This document shows, piece after piece, positions 12,642 through 26,700 of a DNA stretch of 64,000 bases. The notes under the pieces are model-generated. The model ran no database searches. It was not told the origin of the DNA and saw only the letters and a list, made by a program, of their open reading frames with translations. Position numbers and translations under genes: made by a program. This DNA comes from Octopus bimaculoides (taxonomy: Eukaryota): assembly GCF_001194135.2 (NCBI RefSeq), contig NC_068983.1, positions 140,501,569 to 140,565,568 of the forward strand, written 5' to 3'. Numbering within the stretch: position 1 is the first letter of the stretch; each line of letters starts with the position of its first letter.

Positions 12642-15430
12642 TTTGACATGATATGTGTATCTATTTATTTTAACCAACGTACTAAATCTACAAAAGTATT
12701 GAATAACCCATCAGATTTATGTAAAATTGTTTTTATTATAACTGACCATAAAAACAAACATTTATGCGCGAGTGTGTATTTGTTTGTATGTGTGTGTGTA
12801 CGTGTGTCAGTGTGTGTGTGTAACTTTTTAGTGCCACTGCTCGAGTTGATACACATACAAATAAGGATGCATTTTGTCCGATTCAATGCGCATTAGTGCG
12901 AGTGCGATAAGTGATTTTTAATGTTTTGCTTATTACAACTTACTGTTTCTATTTCTGAAATACAATTCTATATTTTTTTAGTTTTGCATTGTAGTTTCCT
13001 GTTTTGTATGATATCATGAATTCGAAATGATTTATATCAGTGTTTTACAATTAATTATCAAATTATATCTTATTTATAGCCAGAAAACTTGAGTAGACCA
13101 GACGGTTTTACCCAGTCTGTAATATTGTATATTACTCAATTACAGCTTCCATAAGTTTTTTGACGGATACTACAATCATTATGCAGCTTGGATAAATAAT
13201 TCAATTGTAAGTGAAATTCAGTACAAAATTATACTGAACTAAACTATTAGGCTTATTGCATAAACCTCCAAAAAAAGTGATAACATTATATTTTCTATAA
13301 TTCACAGAGCATTTCAGTAATATTCATTCAGCAATATTCATTTGCTTGAAAGAAAATAATTTGAGATGGAGCAGCATTCTTAAATAACTTTTATTACTTT
13401 GATCACGAAATGATACTGAAAATCGTTGTGAAAAAGTAAAATGAAATTTGAAACTTCAAATAAATATGTATTGAGTTTCTTTAAAATAACAGACTTACTA
13501 ATTTAAATCATAAAACCTTCCTATGTTTCTTCACTTTTTGTTGCATATAATTCAAAGGAAAGACTTAGTAATTACTCTGCTGAACTTAATATATTTTCTT
13601 TATTATGAACTCCAACCAATACTTGCAAACACCAATTAGCCACAATACAGTAACATCTGTTATCGCGATTCTATTGCATGGTTATCGCTAATTAAAATCT
13701 GTATATTACTTAAGTTGCTCTGGGTCATTTTAAAGAACTCAATGGCCTTTCTTTTGCATCATTTTTTTCCGAAATGATATATAGACACGTGACGGCTTTT
13801 CAATAATTAAGCATCGATGTTTTGTTTAAAATGTATTCCTTATCTTTATACATTCATTTCCTGAATATTATTAACGAGGCAGCTGTTAAAAGAGGAGTAA
13901 ATCTCATTCACGAAAACAGATAGTGAAATCGATGAATACTTCTTCATTTGCTCAAACGAACACATGCACGCACGCGCACCCAAACACACAAACTTACAGA
14001 CGCAAACACACGCACAGACAGACAGACAGACACACACACACATACACACACACACGCAAACTCATGTGCAAGAAACTTAAGATGAATAATTAAGGCCCCA
14101 GTATATCTGAACAGCAATTTGACTCTGAAGTGGATAACATCAAATGAGTTTCAAATTTCTACATCTCCGATAATTGATTTTCACATCTATCAGCAATTTA
14201 CATCAACCGCACATCTATACTTCCTTAATTAATACGATAAAGTGGTAAGTATCGTTTACCGTTCTAATTTCGTATTCCTACCGTATCTGGTGTTAATCGT
14301 GTGCGTAAATACAATCAGTGAATCAACTACATTGATATTCCTCTATATAAAACAAAATTTTTCGCTTTTGTTAAAATCATTTTCAATACTGAATCGTTGT
14401 GTGGGAGACTCCCTGCTCAATAGAATAAGTGCAAGGAGTATGAGTATATCGATTCTTAAAATTTTGAAGGTTATTGCTTCAGTTTCTTGAGCCTTTTCCG
14501 ATTTCGCGAGGGAATTAATATTCGCATAGTGTATTGCCACAAATGACAGAATGTATACTATGTGCTATACCTTTGTTGGTTCTAATTTTAAATACTCTCA
14601 GTATTAGCTTATTATGTAATCTGTCACGAGTTCATACATAAACTAGTACTGTACAAAGGTGTGTATAATGGCGCAAATTTCTCACTAAAATGTATTGCAC
14701 TGTAGTAAGGCTAAAGATCATTACAGAAAAGTAGAATGCCATGTATCAAAATATGTCAGGCTAAATACTTTACTACATTTAATTCCTTCTTTCTATTTCC
14801 CGAATTAAGATGAAACCTTTCATTAGATTCTCTTCTGTACAATTTCTTATTCATATACTCTGTGGTTTATTGTTGATTCATTCAAATGTACATATCTCCC
14901 TTCTATAAGTCTTCGTTGCAAAGAAAGAATGCATGGCAATTGTTTTGTTGGTCGTAATATGAGGAGATGCCGTTTATATGAACATAAGCAGATGAATGGA
15001 GCAACGGTAATCTAAGACAAAATGAATTCGCTCTGTATGTGTAAATATATTCTGACGATTCTTACAAAGTGAGCGACGATCATGTGAGCTTACACTAACA
15101 TTGTCGAACTATATCACACTGTACGGTGGATAGTATGAATGTGAATTTAGTATCCGAAGAATGGTCAATATATTTTTTATTTGACTATGTACAAAGTCCC
15201 CACATTTCCACAAGGGTTAGCAGAAACAAGGAAAACGCCCCTTGTATTTGATTACTACGCAAATATTCTTTTAATTTTACTAAAATTTTATTGTTTTCCA
15301 TACTTACAGATGAAAAATTCTCAATGACTGAAACGGGTACTGAAATGTTTTTTATAAAATTATTTTAGTATTTTCTACCTTGACTTTTTTTCCATATATA
15401 TCAACTCGTGTGTTCCTTTTCAACCTTCTA

Positions 15431-15473
<43 letters not shown>

Positions 15474-15632
15474 ACATATATATATATANNNNNNNNNNNN
15501 NNNNNNNNNNNNNNNNNNNNNNNNNNNNNNNNNNNNNNNNNNNNNNNNNNNNNNNNNNNNNNNNNNNNNNNNNNNNNNNNNNNNNNNNNNNNNNNNNNNN
15601 NNNNNNNNNNNNNNNNNNNNNNNATATATAAT

Positions 15633-15791
15633 ACGACGGCCTTTTTTCAGTTTCCGTCTACCAAATCCACTCACAAGGCTTTGGTCGGCCTGAGGCTATA
15701 GTAGAGGACACTTGCCCAAGGTGCCACGCAGTGTCTCTGAACTTGGAACCATATGGTTGGTAAGCAAGCTACTTACCACGTTGCCACTCCT
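15633..15791 (-). mobile_element. tRNA-derived SINE family B (CORE-like), 5' half
   Basis: Reverse complement of 22650-22800 (ccttgggcaagtg, ccgaccaaagccttgtgag, atttggtagacggaaact). Confidence 0.85.
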
Positions 15792-17619
15792 GTATGTATA
15801 AAAGAAACAGTCACTATTTAAGTACAAAATAAACAATTTTCCATGATAGTGTAAGTTGCATTATGATTCATACCGTATGCACACAGCCACTATTTATCAC
15901 AAAGTTGTATGCAATTAACACTATTCTAAATTATGACCAGTTGCTTATCATCTGCAGAACACTTACACTCAAATTATACAACTGGGAATTGTGAACACGA
16001 CTATATGCAAACCTCCACGTAACTAAACAACGCGAGAGTCTCCCTCCCGTGTGCTATTGTCTATAGAATTTGCAGTTTTGCTGCTGATGAAGCCATAATA
16101 TTCGGAACAGTTAAAATTAATATCACTGTTTCCAAAATAATTGAGTTAAAACTGATTTCTTTTATTAAGTTAATAAGATTCATTATCTTACACGAGTGAT
16201 AGCTGCTTTATTCAGAATCAGATTCAACAGTATTGTGTATAACTACTAATAACTACTTCAATGATTAACAAAATCCCATTAGCTGTCATGGTTGATATTT
16301 GCTGTACACTGCTTTAAACTAATTTCGTATTTTATACCACAGACAGAAACATCTCCCAACAGTCAGTGAAACTGAATAAATATTTCAAATCCGCATTGTT
16401 AATTGATTCTTAAAATTCAAATTGCCTTCGTGTAGTAGAGGTACATTTCACTTTCTTGTTCTTTTAGACTGAATCTCATGAGGAAATAAACATATATCTG
16501 AATGAGAACGCCAGAACCTTTGTAGAATTGATTTCTTCCAATCTATGACCCAGGGTAGGAGTAAACTACCTAGTTTTCCTAGAGCTTAACGAATAAATCA
16601 ATAACGATTGAATCTAAATCATAATATTCTTTATATCCTATCACTTTCACTCCTTATTTTTTATGTATACACATATACTCACACATTCAGTCGCACAAAC
16701 CTGTATATATAACATAAGATATATAATATATATACATCCATTTGTGCGTGAGTGCGCACATCAGTGTGTGTGAGGTGAGGAACAATTTCAGTATGAGCTT
16801 AAATTTTTGCTTATTTGCCTCTTTAACTAGTTTCATGGATTTGAGCTTTCCACGAACATGTATCTACGTTCTATATACCATCCATATCATCTACCAGTTT
16901 TATTTTCCGAATGTGAGAAATACCAGTCATATTAACTTTTTGTTTGAAATTCATTATAATATCGTTATCCATTTAAACAGATTACGTTGTAGTGAGTTCA
17001 TCGTTTCATTAAAATTTTATTAAACCTCTACTTTCTTATTCAAGAACAATCTATTCATACTGAGAAATCCAACAAATCTGATTGGCAGACAGATTCATAT
17101 AATTTTTGTATACATGTTATATACCACAAGGCGTAAACCTAACATATAAAACAAGTGTAAAACAATGTTTTGTCGATTGCAAGAATATATATTTTTGTTG
17201 TACAATTTTCTTCTATAGTCACAGGTGCACACCCCACCCCGGTCAGTTATTTTAAAAACTTGCCAGCGCGTGCGCACACCAACACGTGCGCACACACACA
17301 TAGACACTCTTCTATATAGGCACTAACACATACATTTACACATATAAATGCTTATTTACACAATATTTCCCCAATAATTTCAGGTTATGACACATTTATG
17401 GAATAAAAACATTGAAGATTTTAATCCAACAAAAGGTATTTTAAAATTGGAAACTTTAAGTCCAGATGTGATATTGTAGCGATATATTAGTAATTACACT
17501 TTAACATTAAATCCTTCTGTTGGCCTAGAAGCTTCATCTATTTCTTGAAATTTACACTCATGAGTCAAATTTTATAATTTCATTTTGTTTTACATTAAAC
17601 TAAATAAGATAAAATCCTC

Positions 17620-18128
17620 TCATTGAAAGGTTTAGTCCACTTGGAGCTTTTAAACCCAAACAAAATGATAACGGAAATCTACTGCGAGCAGTTTGAGCGG
17701 CGGAAGTCTGTGTAAGAAGAAAAACTATCGTCTTTGATTTCAAGACGAATGGTGTTCTTCCATCAGTATAATGCTCGGCCACATACAGCGAGGAAGACAT
17801 TCCAAAGACTGGAGCAGTGTGAATGGGAAACGGTTCCCACCCATCATATTCACCGGACATTGCCCCATCTGATAATTACTTATTCCGCAGTTTTCAAAAT
17901 CATTTGAACGGAAAAAATATGAATTCTTTAGACGAGGTCAGAAGCGTAATGGAGGAGTATTTTTCGTCACAGGGAAGTGAATATTGAAAGAGGAGCCTTG
18001 AAATAGATGGAAGAGTATTATAGAAAATGAAGAGTATATTATAGATTAAAAAGGAAATTTGTTTATCTTAATTTGAAAAAAATAAAAGAAGTATAAAATA
18101 ACCGGTTTAATTATGGGATGACCAAATA
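17620..18128 (+). mobile_element. Mariner (D34D) transposase 3' fragment with right TIR
   Basis: Reads FFHQYNARPHTARKT (HDNARPH) and, after a shift, PSYSPDIAPSDNYLFRSFQNHL (YSPDLAPSD); ends ttatgggatgaccaaata. Confidence 0.85.
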
Positions 18129-18183
18129 TATATATGTCTGTAAGTATTTAGATATATATATATATACACGAATGTTGCATTCT

Positions 18184-18410
18184 TATTTCTTTATTGCCCA
18201 CAAGAGGCTAAACATAGAGGGAACAAACAAGGACAGACAAAGGGATTAAGTCGACTACATCGACCCCAGTGCGTAACTGGTACTTAATTTATCGACCCCG
18301 AAAGGATGAAAGGCAAAGTCGACCTCGGCGTAATTTGAACTCAGAACGTAAAAGACAGACGAAATACCACTAAGCATTTCGCCAGGCGTGCTAACGATTC
18401 TGCCAGCTCG
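18184..18410 (-). mobile_element. tRNA-derived SINE family A, full length
   Basis: Minus strand gcgagctggcagaatcgttagc (A box) ... gagttcaaattac (B box) ... aaagaaataagaa tail; possible TSD gcattct. Confidence 0.9.
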
Positions 18411-19024
18411 CATTCTGATAGCTCAGAAGTGAAATTGAAATTTCCTTATTATAGCGTATTCTTATATACTATGGGCGTATATGATATCAGTATATGATTT
18501 TTATTAACCAGGAATATTAGCGAACTACGATGGTGGTTCTCTGTTATTCGGATTCCTTTCTGTGGTTTGGCTTTTTCTTTATTACAAATTCTATTATTCA
18601 AAATTAGATATTGTTTGATTATTAGAACACATTTCATTATTTCAAACAAATGCTGAAGCACTTTAGAGTTTTCTTGAATAACAGATTATATTCAATAACT
18701 GATATAAATATGCATGTCTCCATAGTAATTGTTTAAGCGATAATATGTTATAATATAATATACATATATACATATATATATGTATACATAAACACATACG
18801 CACGCACAAACACGCACACACACACGCACACACGCATATATATAAGCCTCTGTGTCCTTGTGCATATGTGTGTATGGGTGTGTGTCTGTTTTTTGCAAAT
18901 GTTTGGTGAGATTTTTCGAATTAAATTCCTCACTATCCACATCAGGTTCTCCTCACACCATTAATGAGTATTTTAGAAGATAACGGACTATTTCAATAGA
19001 GAATATATTCAATTATTTCTCTCT

Positions 19025-19029
<5 letters not shown>

Positions 19030-19085
<56 letters not shown>

Positions 19086-19110
19086 TATCTGTCTATCTAT
19101 CTATCTATCT
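19030..19110. repeat. (CT)n followed by (CTAT)n microsatellite
   Basis: Direct reading. Confidence 0.95.
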
Positions 19111-21344
19111 ATCTCTTACATATACACACACACATACATACACAAACACACACACACAATTTCATTTTCGTATAGCATTTGTCAACATACTTTTGTTCTC
19201 ATTTATCAGATCCAGCTTATTCCCTGTCTATTTAAATTTTGTAATTAAATCCGAAATATACGTTAGATCTCTACCAAAGGTATTTCTTTAGCAGAAAGGC
19301 AACACAGAGTTTCAAATTGTCTAATGATCTCAACAAATATACATTAAAAAAACTGATAAAAACAAATGTTGATTTTTGAAATTTATTTATATAACAAGGA
19401 ATTTTTTCAGATAAAGAATTCTGTTTAAATGGAAGCAAAACTTCATTAAAATATTTGTTGCAGATGAACAAATATATATATGATACATGATATACGGATG
19501 TAAAAGTTATAATTACTCCCGAAGTGAAATGGATATTTTATCCATAATACTGACAGTTTTATGTAAACGGTGCAGACTGTTTCTAGACTAGATTCTTAAA
19601 TATCTGTGAAACAAAGTATTAGATGAGATATGAAAGACACCATCTCAGATTCTTGCTTGAATTTTTCAGACTTTTCCTGTATTACTTGATTTTTTTATGC
19701 AATTTAAATTATTATGTTTCTTTATTTATGAAAGTCATGAAATTCATGTCACACAATTCTCTATTTTTATATATAATTTCGTTCTAATTTAAATACAAAT
19801 TGACGTGTCTGACACTAGCAGGAATCTAATATAAGCACAGAAAATATTTTAAGGTGATTTTTGCATCGCAATATTTTGAGTTGAAAATCTGCAAGAGTCA
19901 TATTTCCATTCAGTTTATGGGTTTTATAATGGATGCATACCTAAAAGTGCTTTAAATAAAGAAGCTTAGCATTCGAATACGTATTGTTATATCCAGTCTT
20001 ATTATTAATCTAATTTTAGTCAAACCTGTTCAAGCCAATTGTATATTCTGTAAATGAGTTCTTAATTTACTTATTTTTATCCATAGAAAACAGTGAGCGT
20101 GGACCTACGACACCAAGACATAAAATTAAACACGAATCTGTTACAGAATTGTAAACTGTAGGCCTTGCCGATCTTAGAGCTTAGGATTTATGTGGAATAC
20201 GACTTCAATTTTTATGGGATTGTAGGAATGCAGACTGCAGAGATGATGTCTCTGATGTTAAGGTTGAGATGATTGTTTTCGACTGGATTGGCGGTGTATT
20301 TCAAGGGCTAAAGTACCTTGTCTGGGAAGATTTATAATACCTGTTCAGTACGATGACAGAACGGTATGCTCCCTCAATCTGAAGTGTGCTGTTGGTTGAG
20401 ATATATATCTAATTATTGTTCTACTTACGATCTGACGAGCAGCTATATATTTTTGAATAGAATTTATTTTCGATAATTTCAATTGATTTTAATCGATTTA
20501 AATTTCTTTTCTATTTGAAAATTGGTTATGAAACACGTGTAATCTTTTTATTATATTTATCTTATGATATTTACTTTACTTTATATTATACTCATTTATT
20601 GTGCTTTTAATTATTAATTTTTCTATATGTGATAGTGGATTTTCATCGATGAGTTCTTGAAAATTGGTTATTTTCCCTAAAACTATATATATATATAAAC
20701 TATATTATTAAAATAAAATCTCCGAAAATACGTCAGTAGAACATTATCGTGTTAATCCAAATTGGTGAAGTGCCAACTGAAGAGCTGAAAGCATTTTAGT
20801 TGTTAATATATTCAAATAAACAGAACGCCTCAAATACAACTTAAGACATTCATTTATTCAACCAATGGCAACGTCATTGAATAACTAATTTACTTTATAA
20901 AAATAAAAGATAAAAAATACCATGCTAATGCTATATTTTTTGACAATTTGAAAACTACATAGAAAAATAATCTAAAGGAATAGATATTAATCTAAACAAA
21001 TGACCTAAAAAATGAATATTTTTATATACAGTTATTGATGACGTCGCTGGATTACTAAAGATTATAATCTACAGACAAGAATTCTAAGTTATACTTAATA
21101 ACGAGCTAAAGAATAATAACTACAGATAAGAATTCTACGTAATGCTTAATAGAAACCTAAATATTTTGAGTCGCAATAATTATTTGCCTATTTAGTTAAT
21201 ATACTAAACCCTTTCATAATAATTCAACTTATTAGATAATAATTCAAAAACTATTATCATTAATAAGATATGAAAGTATTGAAGACTTCACTGGATAACT
21301 GAAGAACAAAGATTACAGATAATATAATTAAATACCCATTTATT

Positions 21345-21624
21345 TGTTATAACAAACCTTTTTGCTGTATAGTGAATCTGTAAATCCTTCCCGGTAAAAA
21401 GAGAGGGTCGAGAGTTGAAGAGTTGAGAGTCGACAGTTCTAGTCGGTGTCTTCTGGAGCTATCAGCAGTAGTAAGACAGAAGTTACTGTATTACTTTTCT
21501 GGTATGAAGAGATACGACGGTATCCGATAACTAGCAACAACTACCGTTAAACAGCAACCACGTACAACGGCAGTCACACATCACACTAGTGGGAGAAGCC
21601 CACTTTACAACAGTGGCGACGAGG
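21345..21624 (+). mobile_element. Orphan Ty3/gypsy-type LTR with primer-binding site
   Basis: TGTTAT at 21345 ... ACAACA at 21607-21612 (TG..CA termini), followed by TGGCGACGAGG (21614-21624), a tRNA-complementary PBS-like motif; no gag downstream. Confidence 0.6.
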
Positions 21625-21749
21625 TAAAAAGAATTTACGCGGAGTGGAAAAAAACATTCACACGTAGTTTAAACTAATGCACGTGGATAATTAAATAACT
21701 CGACAAAAAAGAAAAGAAACATGAATGGATTGATACTTGTGTGTATATA

Positions 21750-22542
21750 CGAAGTCTGCTCAATATGTAATAGTAACGAAGCTAAAACACACAGAGTGAA
21801 ACCGTTTGGCAAAGATTCACCTTGAACATTGCTGTGCGTACGCACGACGTTGTAGCGTTTTAGCTCACTTCCGCTGTTTATAGCAGTGCTTGGAAGGAAC
21901 GTGTGTATCGTGTGATCGTCACATTGACCATGACAGAGAAAGTTGCCATGGCAAAACCTGCTCAGATGTCTACGCAAAGTATCAGAAAGTGTATGAAGAA
22001 GGGTGCATGAGCCGCATACAAGTGTATAAGTGGCTCAGACGTTTCCAAGATGGCCGAAAGAATTTCGATATACACTAACCTTCTGGGAGGGCCGTAACTA
22101 GCAGAACTCAGAAAAGCATCGAGGGATGTGCGTCTAATCATCATCTGTGAGTTATCAGAGGAAGAACAGAATAGCTATGGCTCAGTTCAGTTCATTATCA
22201 CTGAAGATTTGGGTATGAGATGCGTGTCTCCCAAGTTTATGCCTAAACTGCTTTACTTGCACAAGATGGCCTTGATTGTATCGAGAGCGATGAAAACTTT
22301 TTGAAACCTGAGCAGGTACCGCCAAGTCTATGACAAAATTTGATTCAGATTCTCAGCTTAGCTTTCTATGTCACGGCCAATGCGGCGATCACACTTTACA
22401 CACCTTCCTTCCAAACACTGCTGTAAACAGCAGAATTGAGCTAGGACGTTAAAAGTTGATGCGCATACAGGGAACGTTTAAGGACAATTTGTGCCAAGCC
22501 GCTTTACTCTGGATGTTTTAGCCACTTATTGATCAGAACAAG
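21750..22542 (+). mobile_element. Non-autonomous mariner derivative whose 3' end is replaced by an inverted copy of its 5' end
   Basis: TA at 21748-21749 and 22543-22544; arms 21750-21963 and 22309-22542 are reverse-complementary; interior encodes the mariner HTH region (VYEEGCMSRIQVYKWLRRFQDGR; ITEDLGMRCVSPKFMPKLL). Confidence 0.85.
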
Positions 22543-22649
22543 TACATACACATATAAATGCGTACGTTTCTGTCTTTGCATTCAAGTATTTAATTATGCC
22601 CATGTACCTACCTGTATGCGCAATGCAGTATAAAAATCGTACATATATA

Positions 22650-22985
22650 GGCGTAGAAGTGGCTGTGTGGTATAGAGCTTGTTTTCCAACCACATGATTC
22701 CGGGTTCAGTCCCACTGCTTGGCAACTTGGGCGAGTGCCTTCTGCTATAGCTTCGGGCCGACCAAAGCCTTGTGAGAGGATTTGGTAGACGGAAACTCAA
22801 AGTGGCCCATCGTATATATGTATGTGTGTGTGTATATGTTTGTGTCTCTGTGTATGTTCCCCCAACATCGCTTGACAACCGATGTTGGTGTGTTTACGTC
22901 CGCGTAACTTAGCGGTTCGGCATAATAAACCGATAGAATAAGTACTAGGCTTACAAAGAATAAGTCCTGGGGTCGATTTGCTCGA
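22650..22985 (+). mobile_element. tRNA-derived SINE family B (CORE-like), 3' end deleted
   Basis: ggcgtagaagtggctgtgtgg head, gggttcagtccc B box, cttgggcgagtg CORE-like block, internal (TG)n; stops at gatttgctcga. Confidence 0.88.
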
Positions 22986-23963
22986 ATAGTTCTATGAAGT
23001 TGTAGCTTTTATTTTCCAATATTTTGAGTGACGGGTGCTATCTTATATATTTTGGTGCTAGAAAAACTCTTCAGTAGACTTAATGAATACTGGCCGGTGA
23101 ATTCCGAGGTCAATTTATCCATTCGTATGCCATCAATGAAACTTATGTGCATACCATTGTCACCCTGTGGGCTTCTAGCTGACGAAAACAAGTACACTAA
23201 TTGCACAGATTTGTAAATTCCATTCATTTGCATGAGTGCTTTTCTGGATGATAAATGAATTCTTTTTTTTTTTCTGTAAACATTCTTTTCTAAATTTTCT
23301 ATTGCTACAGGCAGAATGTCATGATTTTTGGCCACACGATAATATATCTCGAGTTCTTTTTCCGAATAAAGATAACCTGTTGAGTATTCAGGATTCTCAC
23401 AACTATACAATGTGCCTTTCAGTCAGATTCTTCCAGATATTTCACTAGTGCTTCTTCCTCAATTGTCCAATGATCTTCAACTCCTTTCAATTAATAAGGA
23501 ACAGCCAAAAGCTTACATATTTCGTCTACACCCTGAATAATAGCTGATAAGAAATAAAGAATTAGAATACCATAACCACCATTCATATGAGCAACCGTCA
23601 AAGTGGTAAGATACTATACAATATTTATTATTCATTATTCTCAATGAGAACCGCTTCGTCTTGTTCAAGATTTAAAGCACCATGTCATTCTGAAATATAA
23701 TCTGTGACATCCTTTCTAATAAATTCCTCATCAACTGTCTTCGAATATGTACCAACATCGCTTTCTTTAAAATTCCTTAAGTAAAGATTTGCCAGTTCTG
23801 TTGCATCATCACGAAAATTTCCAGATAGTGAAAGATCTGAATTTAAGCAGAGTACGATGATCTCGTTTAAATAACTGTGTTGAAAGCTATCCTCCGTTTG
23901 CAGAATAATATCAAATTTCAAACTGTGTTCAAAGCATTTCTTTTTCTGAGCAACGGAATCCAT
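22982..23963 (-). pseudogene. ALT/GPT-like pseudogene (copy 3), inverted relative to copies 1 and 2, 3'-truncated
   Basis: Minus-strand frames give MDSVAQKKKCFEHSLKFDIILQTED..DVTDYISE* (CGA>TGA stop at 23685-23687), ENPEYSTGY, VAIENL and FSSARSPQGDNG with frameshifts. Homology to copy 1 ends at tacaacttcatagaactattcgag (~22982), where it meets a SINE. Confidence 0.88.
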
Positions 23964-24544
23964 ACCGCAAAGCAGATTAATAATATGCACCAAACAAAAG
24001 GAAATTACAATAGCCCGACTAGTTATAGTAATTTGTTTGTAGTTTGTGTACTTGTTAAAATATTCTCTTAATTTCAGCTGTCTTAATTTTTGTCTTATCT
24101 GTTACTAGATGTTCTACTCAAATATTATCTTTGACACAGTTCCTCTATAGGCATGTTATATGTATGTCTTAATATTTTGTTTCGAGATAAATGCATATTT
24201 AAATAGGTTAATAATGTTTACTGTATTCTCGAGCAGGTGTACGGATACTTATCACAAAAAGATAATGAGAAAACAATTGTCGAATACTCATCGCAAACAG
24301 ATTAGTGGATAAAGAAAAAACGATATTCGAACCAAGCAGAAATATATACACCTCTTACACCAACATTAATATTCGTCACATAAGCGATGTTTGCTAAACT
24401 GAGAACAGGTAAAATATTCAAATGAACCTAAGAAATTCCAGTATGGTTTCTACAGGACACTTCAGTACACGATCTGAGCATTATCATTGAACGTGCATTG
24501 TTTCACATGACAACCTAAAACGAATATATATATATGTGTGGGAG

Positions 24545-24587
<43 letters not shown>

Positions 24588-25356
24588 GATCAGGAAAACG
24601 GATATGTTTTTTTACATTAATAATTTTATTAAACAGTTATTTACCGCATTCTTTCGTGGACCTATGCGCATTTCAACTGCATCAACAGCACACTGATCGA
24701 TGTGGATCCTCCTGGTGCCATTTTCGGTATAGATTCATCAGAATCCATTATTTACTGCCATTTGAAGTGAAACTGAGTAAATCAGCAAGCTGGGTGGATA
24801 AAGTATTTATCAGGAGGTTACTAAAAATAACCCATGGTTCACCTCTGTGGTAGGTGAAGCAAGGTCCAGTCTTAAAAATAAATCAAGTATAGATTAAACG
24901 TTTGCGCAGATTCATTAGTACTATAAAACAGTTTATCATTCTACTCATTTCAAAGAGAACATTCTTTTTTTTATTATTTCTTGAGGTATTCTATTAATTT
25001 TCATGTTTTATTTTTTGTTTAAGTCCGTAAAGTCAGCACCCACCCTGCCTCTCCTTCGCAGAGAGATTATTAACCCTGATTTCGACTAAAATGTAGCACT
25101 CACTATACCTTACCTCTATTTCCATACCACTATATGCATCCTTTACATTAGTATACCCCTTATCTTCTAAAACCATGAACTTAAACAGACTTGTCAACAT
25201 TCTGAAGAGATCTCCCAATCAAATTGGCAAATCGAAACGATCGTAAATGTAACATTACATAATCTCCACATAATTGATTAAATTAATGGCTAACTAGCGC
25301 AATCGACCTGCTTCTTCCTGTGTTTGTTTCTCCATTCTCTACATGATTATATATAC

Positions 25357-25408
<52 letters not shown>

Positions 25409-26626
25409 NNNNNNNNNNATATATATATATATATATATGTGTGTGGGAGTGTGTGTGTGAGTGTGTGTGCGTGTGTGTGCGTGTGGGTGTGAGTGTGTGT
25501 ATTTGCACATCTACTTGGCAGAAGGGTATTGTTTGATAAATATCTGATGTACATATTATGCAACATATCCGACAGCCATAAGGACGCAGAAATTCTCCTG
25601 GATATCTTTATGCGAAATGAACTATATGTCAGATAATTGCAACAAGTGATTTATCATCCAGTATGTATATTTTTGTATACACCAATAAGCATCGGTGGCA
25701 CGTTATACTCCTAATGTGGACACAAATAATTAACTGAGAAGCTTATCGGTAAAACACGTTACACTTGTTTGTACATTAACTCAATTATTCAATTGGGAAA
25801 AAAAAATGATTGTCTACGTACACATATTTAAATTGAATGACGCTCTGTTAAAAGACAAATCTACCGTTACTTTTCGTTCCATTATACCACACGACATATA
25901 TTTCAGAATGAGGTATATTGTCTCGCATTATAAATCTCAAATATGATGTTATACCAATGATTCAGTCAGGATATATAATACAGAACATACTATTATAATT
26001 GTCACGGCTAGTCGTTATACATCGGGCTTTATATGATCGTTATACAGAGGGCTTCAGTATGAATTTTGTTCAAGCAAGCAATAATGATTTCAGCTCCATT
26101 ACGCAATATCGTGATCTAAGTTTGAGGAAATACATTTTCACGAATGAATGGAACATTGTAGTACATTACAATGTATCTATGTTCCTTGCATGTGTAGCTT
26201 TAGAGAGATTCAAACAGTGATGTATGACTATAGTTGCAACTTTCTCAAAACTGTAGAGAAGCACCAGAACCATGACTAGTACTTCTGGAGTTCTCTGAAT
26301 TCAGCGACATTATTGTGCATAACATATTGCTAATGTCATGCTGATATGAAACTCCAATTATCACTCGATTCTCTCTCATTTCATATAATATTGATTCAGG
26401 GTAATCCATAAATACAACACCTTCTATCAAAGCGTATTATTTTATAAAATAACAAACTATAATACTTGACCATGTTATTAACGATTGTGTGCATAGAATA
26501 TTGAAGATCAAGAAAAATATGGATTTTCCCCTTTATTTTGTGGTGATTTTATGGTTATTAAGCAATCTCTCTTTCCTCATTTCTATCTCTCTCCTTTTCC
26601 CTCGCTCTCTCTCTTTCATTGTACAG

Positions 26627-26629
<3 letters not shown>

Positions 26630-26694
<65 letters not shown>

Positions 26695-26700
26695 ACACAC
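26630..26700. repeat. (CA)n microsatellite
   Basis: Direct reading. Confidence 0.97.

Noticed and set aside
10412-15007. Candidate exons at 10412-10521, 14194-14244 and 14911-15007
   Set aside because: Splice phases could not be chained consistently to 15310 or 20087, and no recognisable protein emerged.
16080-16115. CTGATGA followed by agcc...cggaac
   Set aside because: No GAAA and no valid stems.
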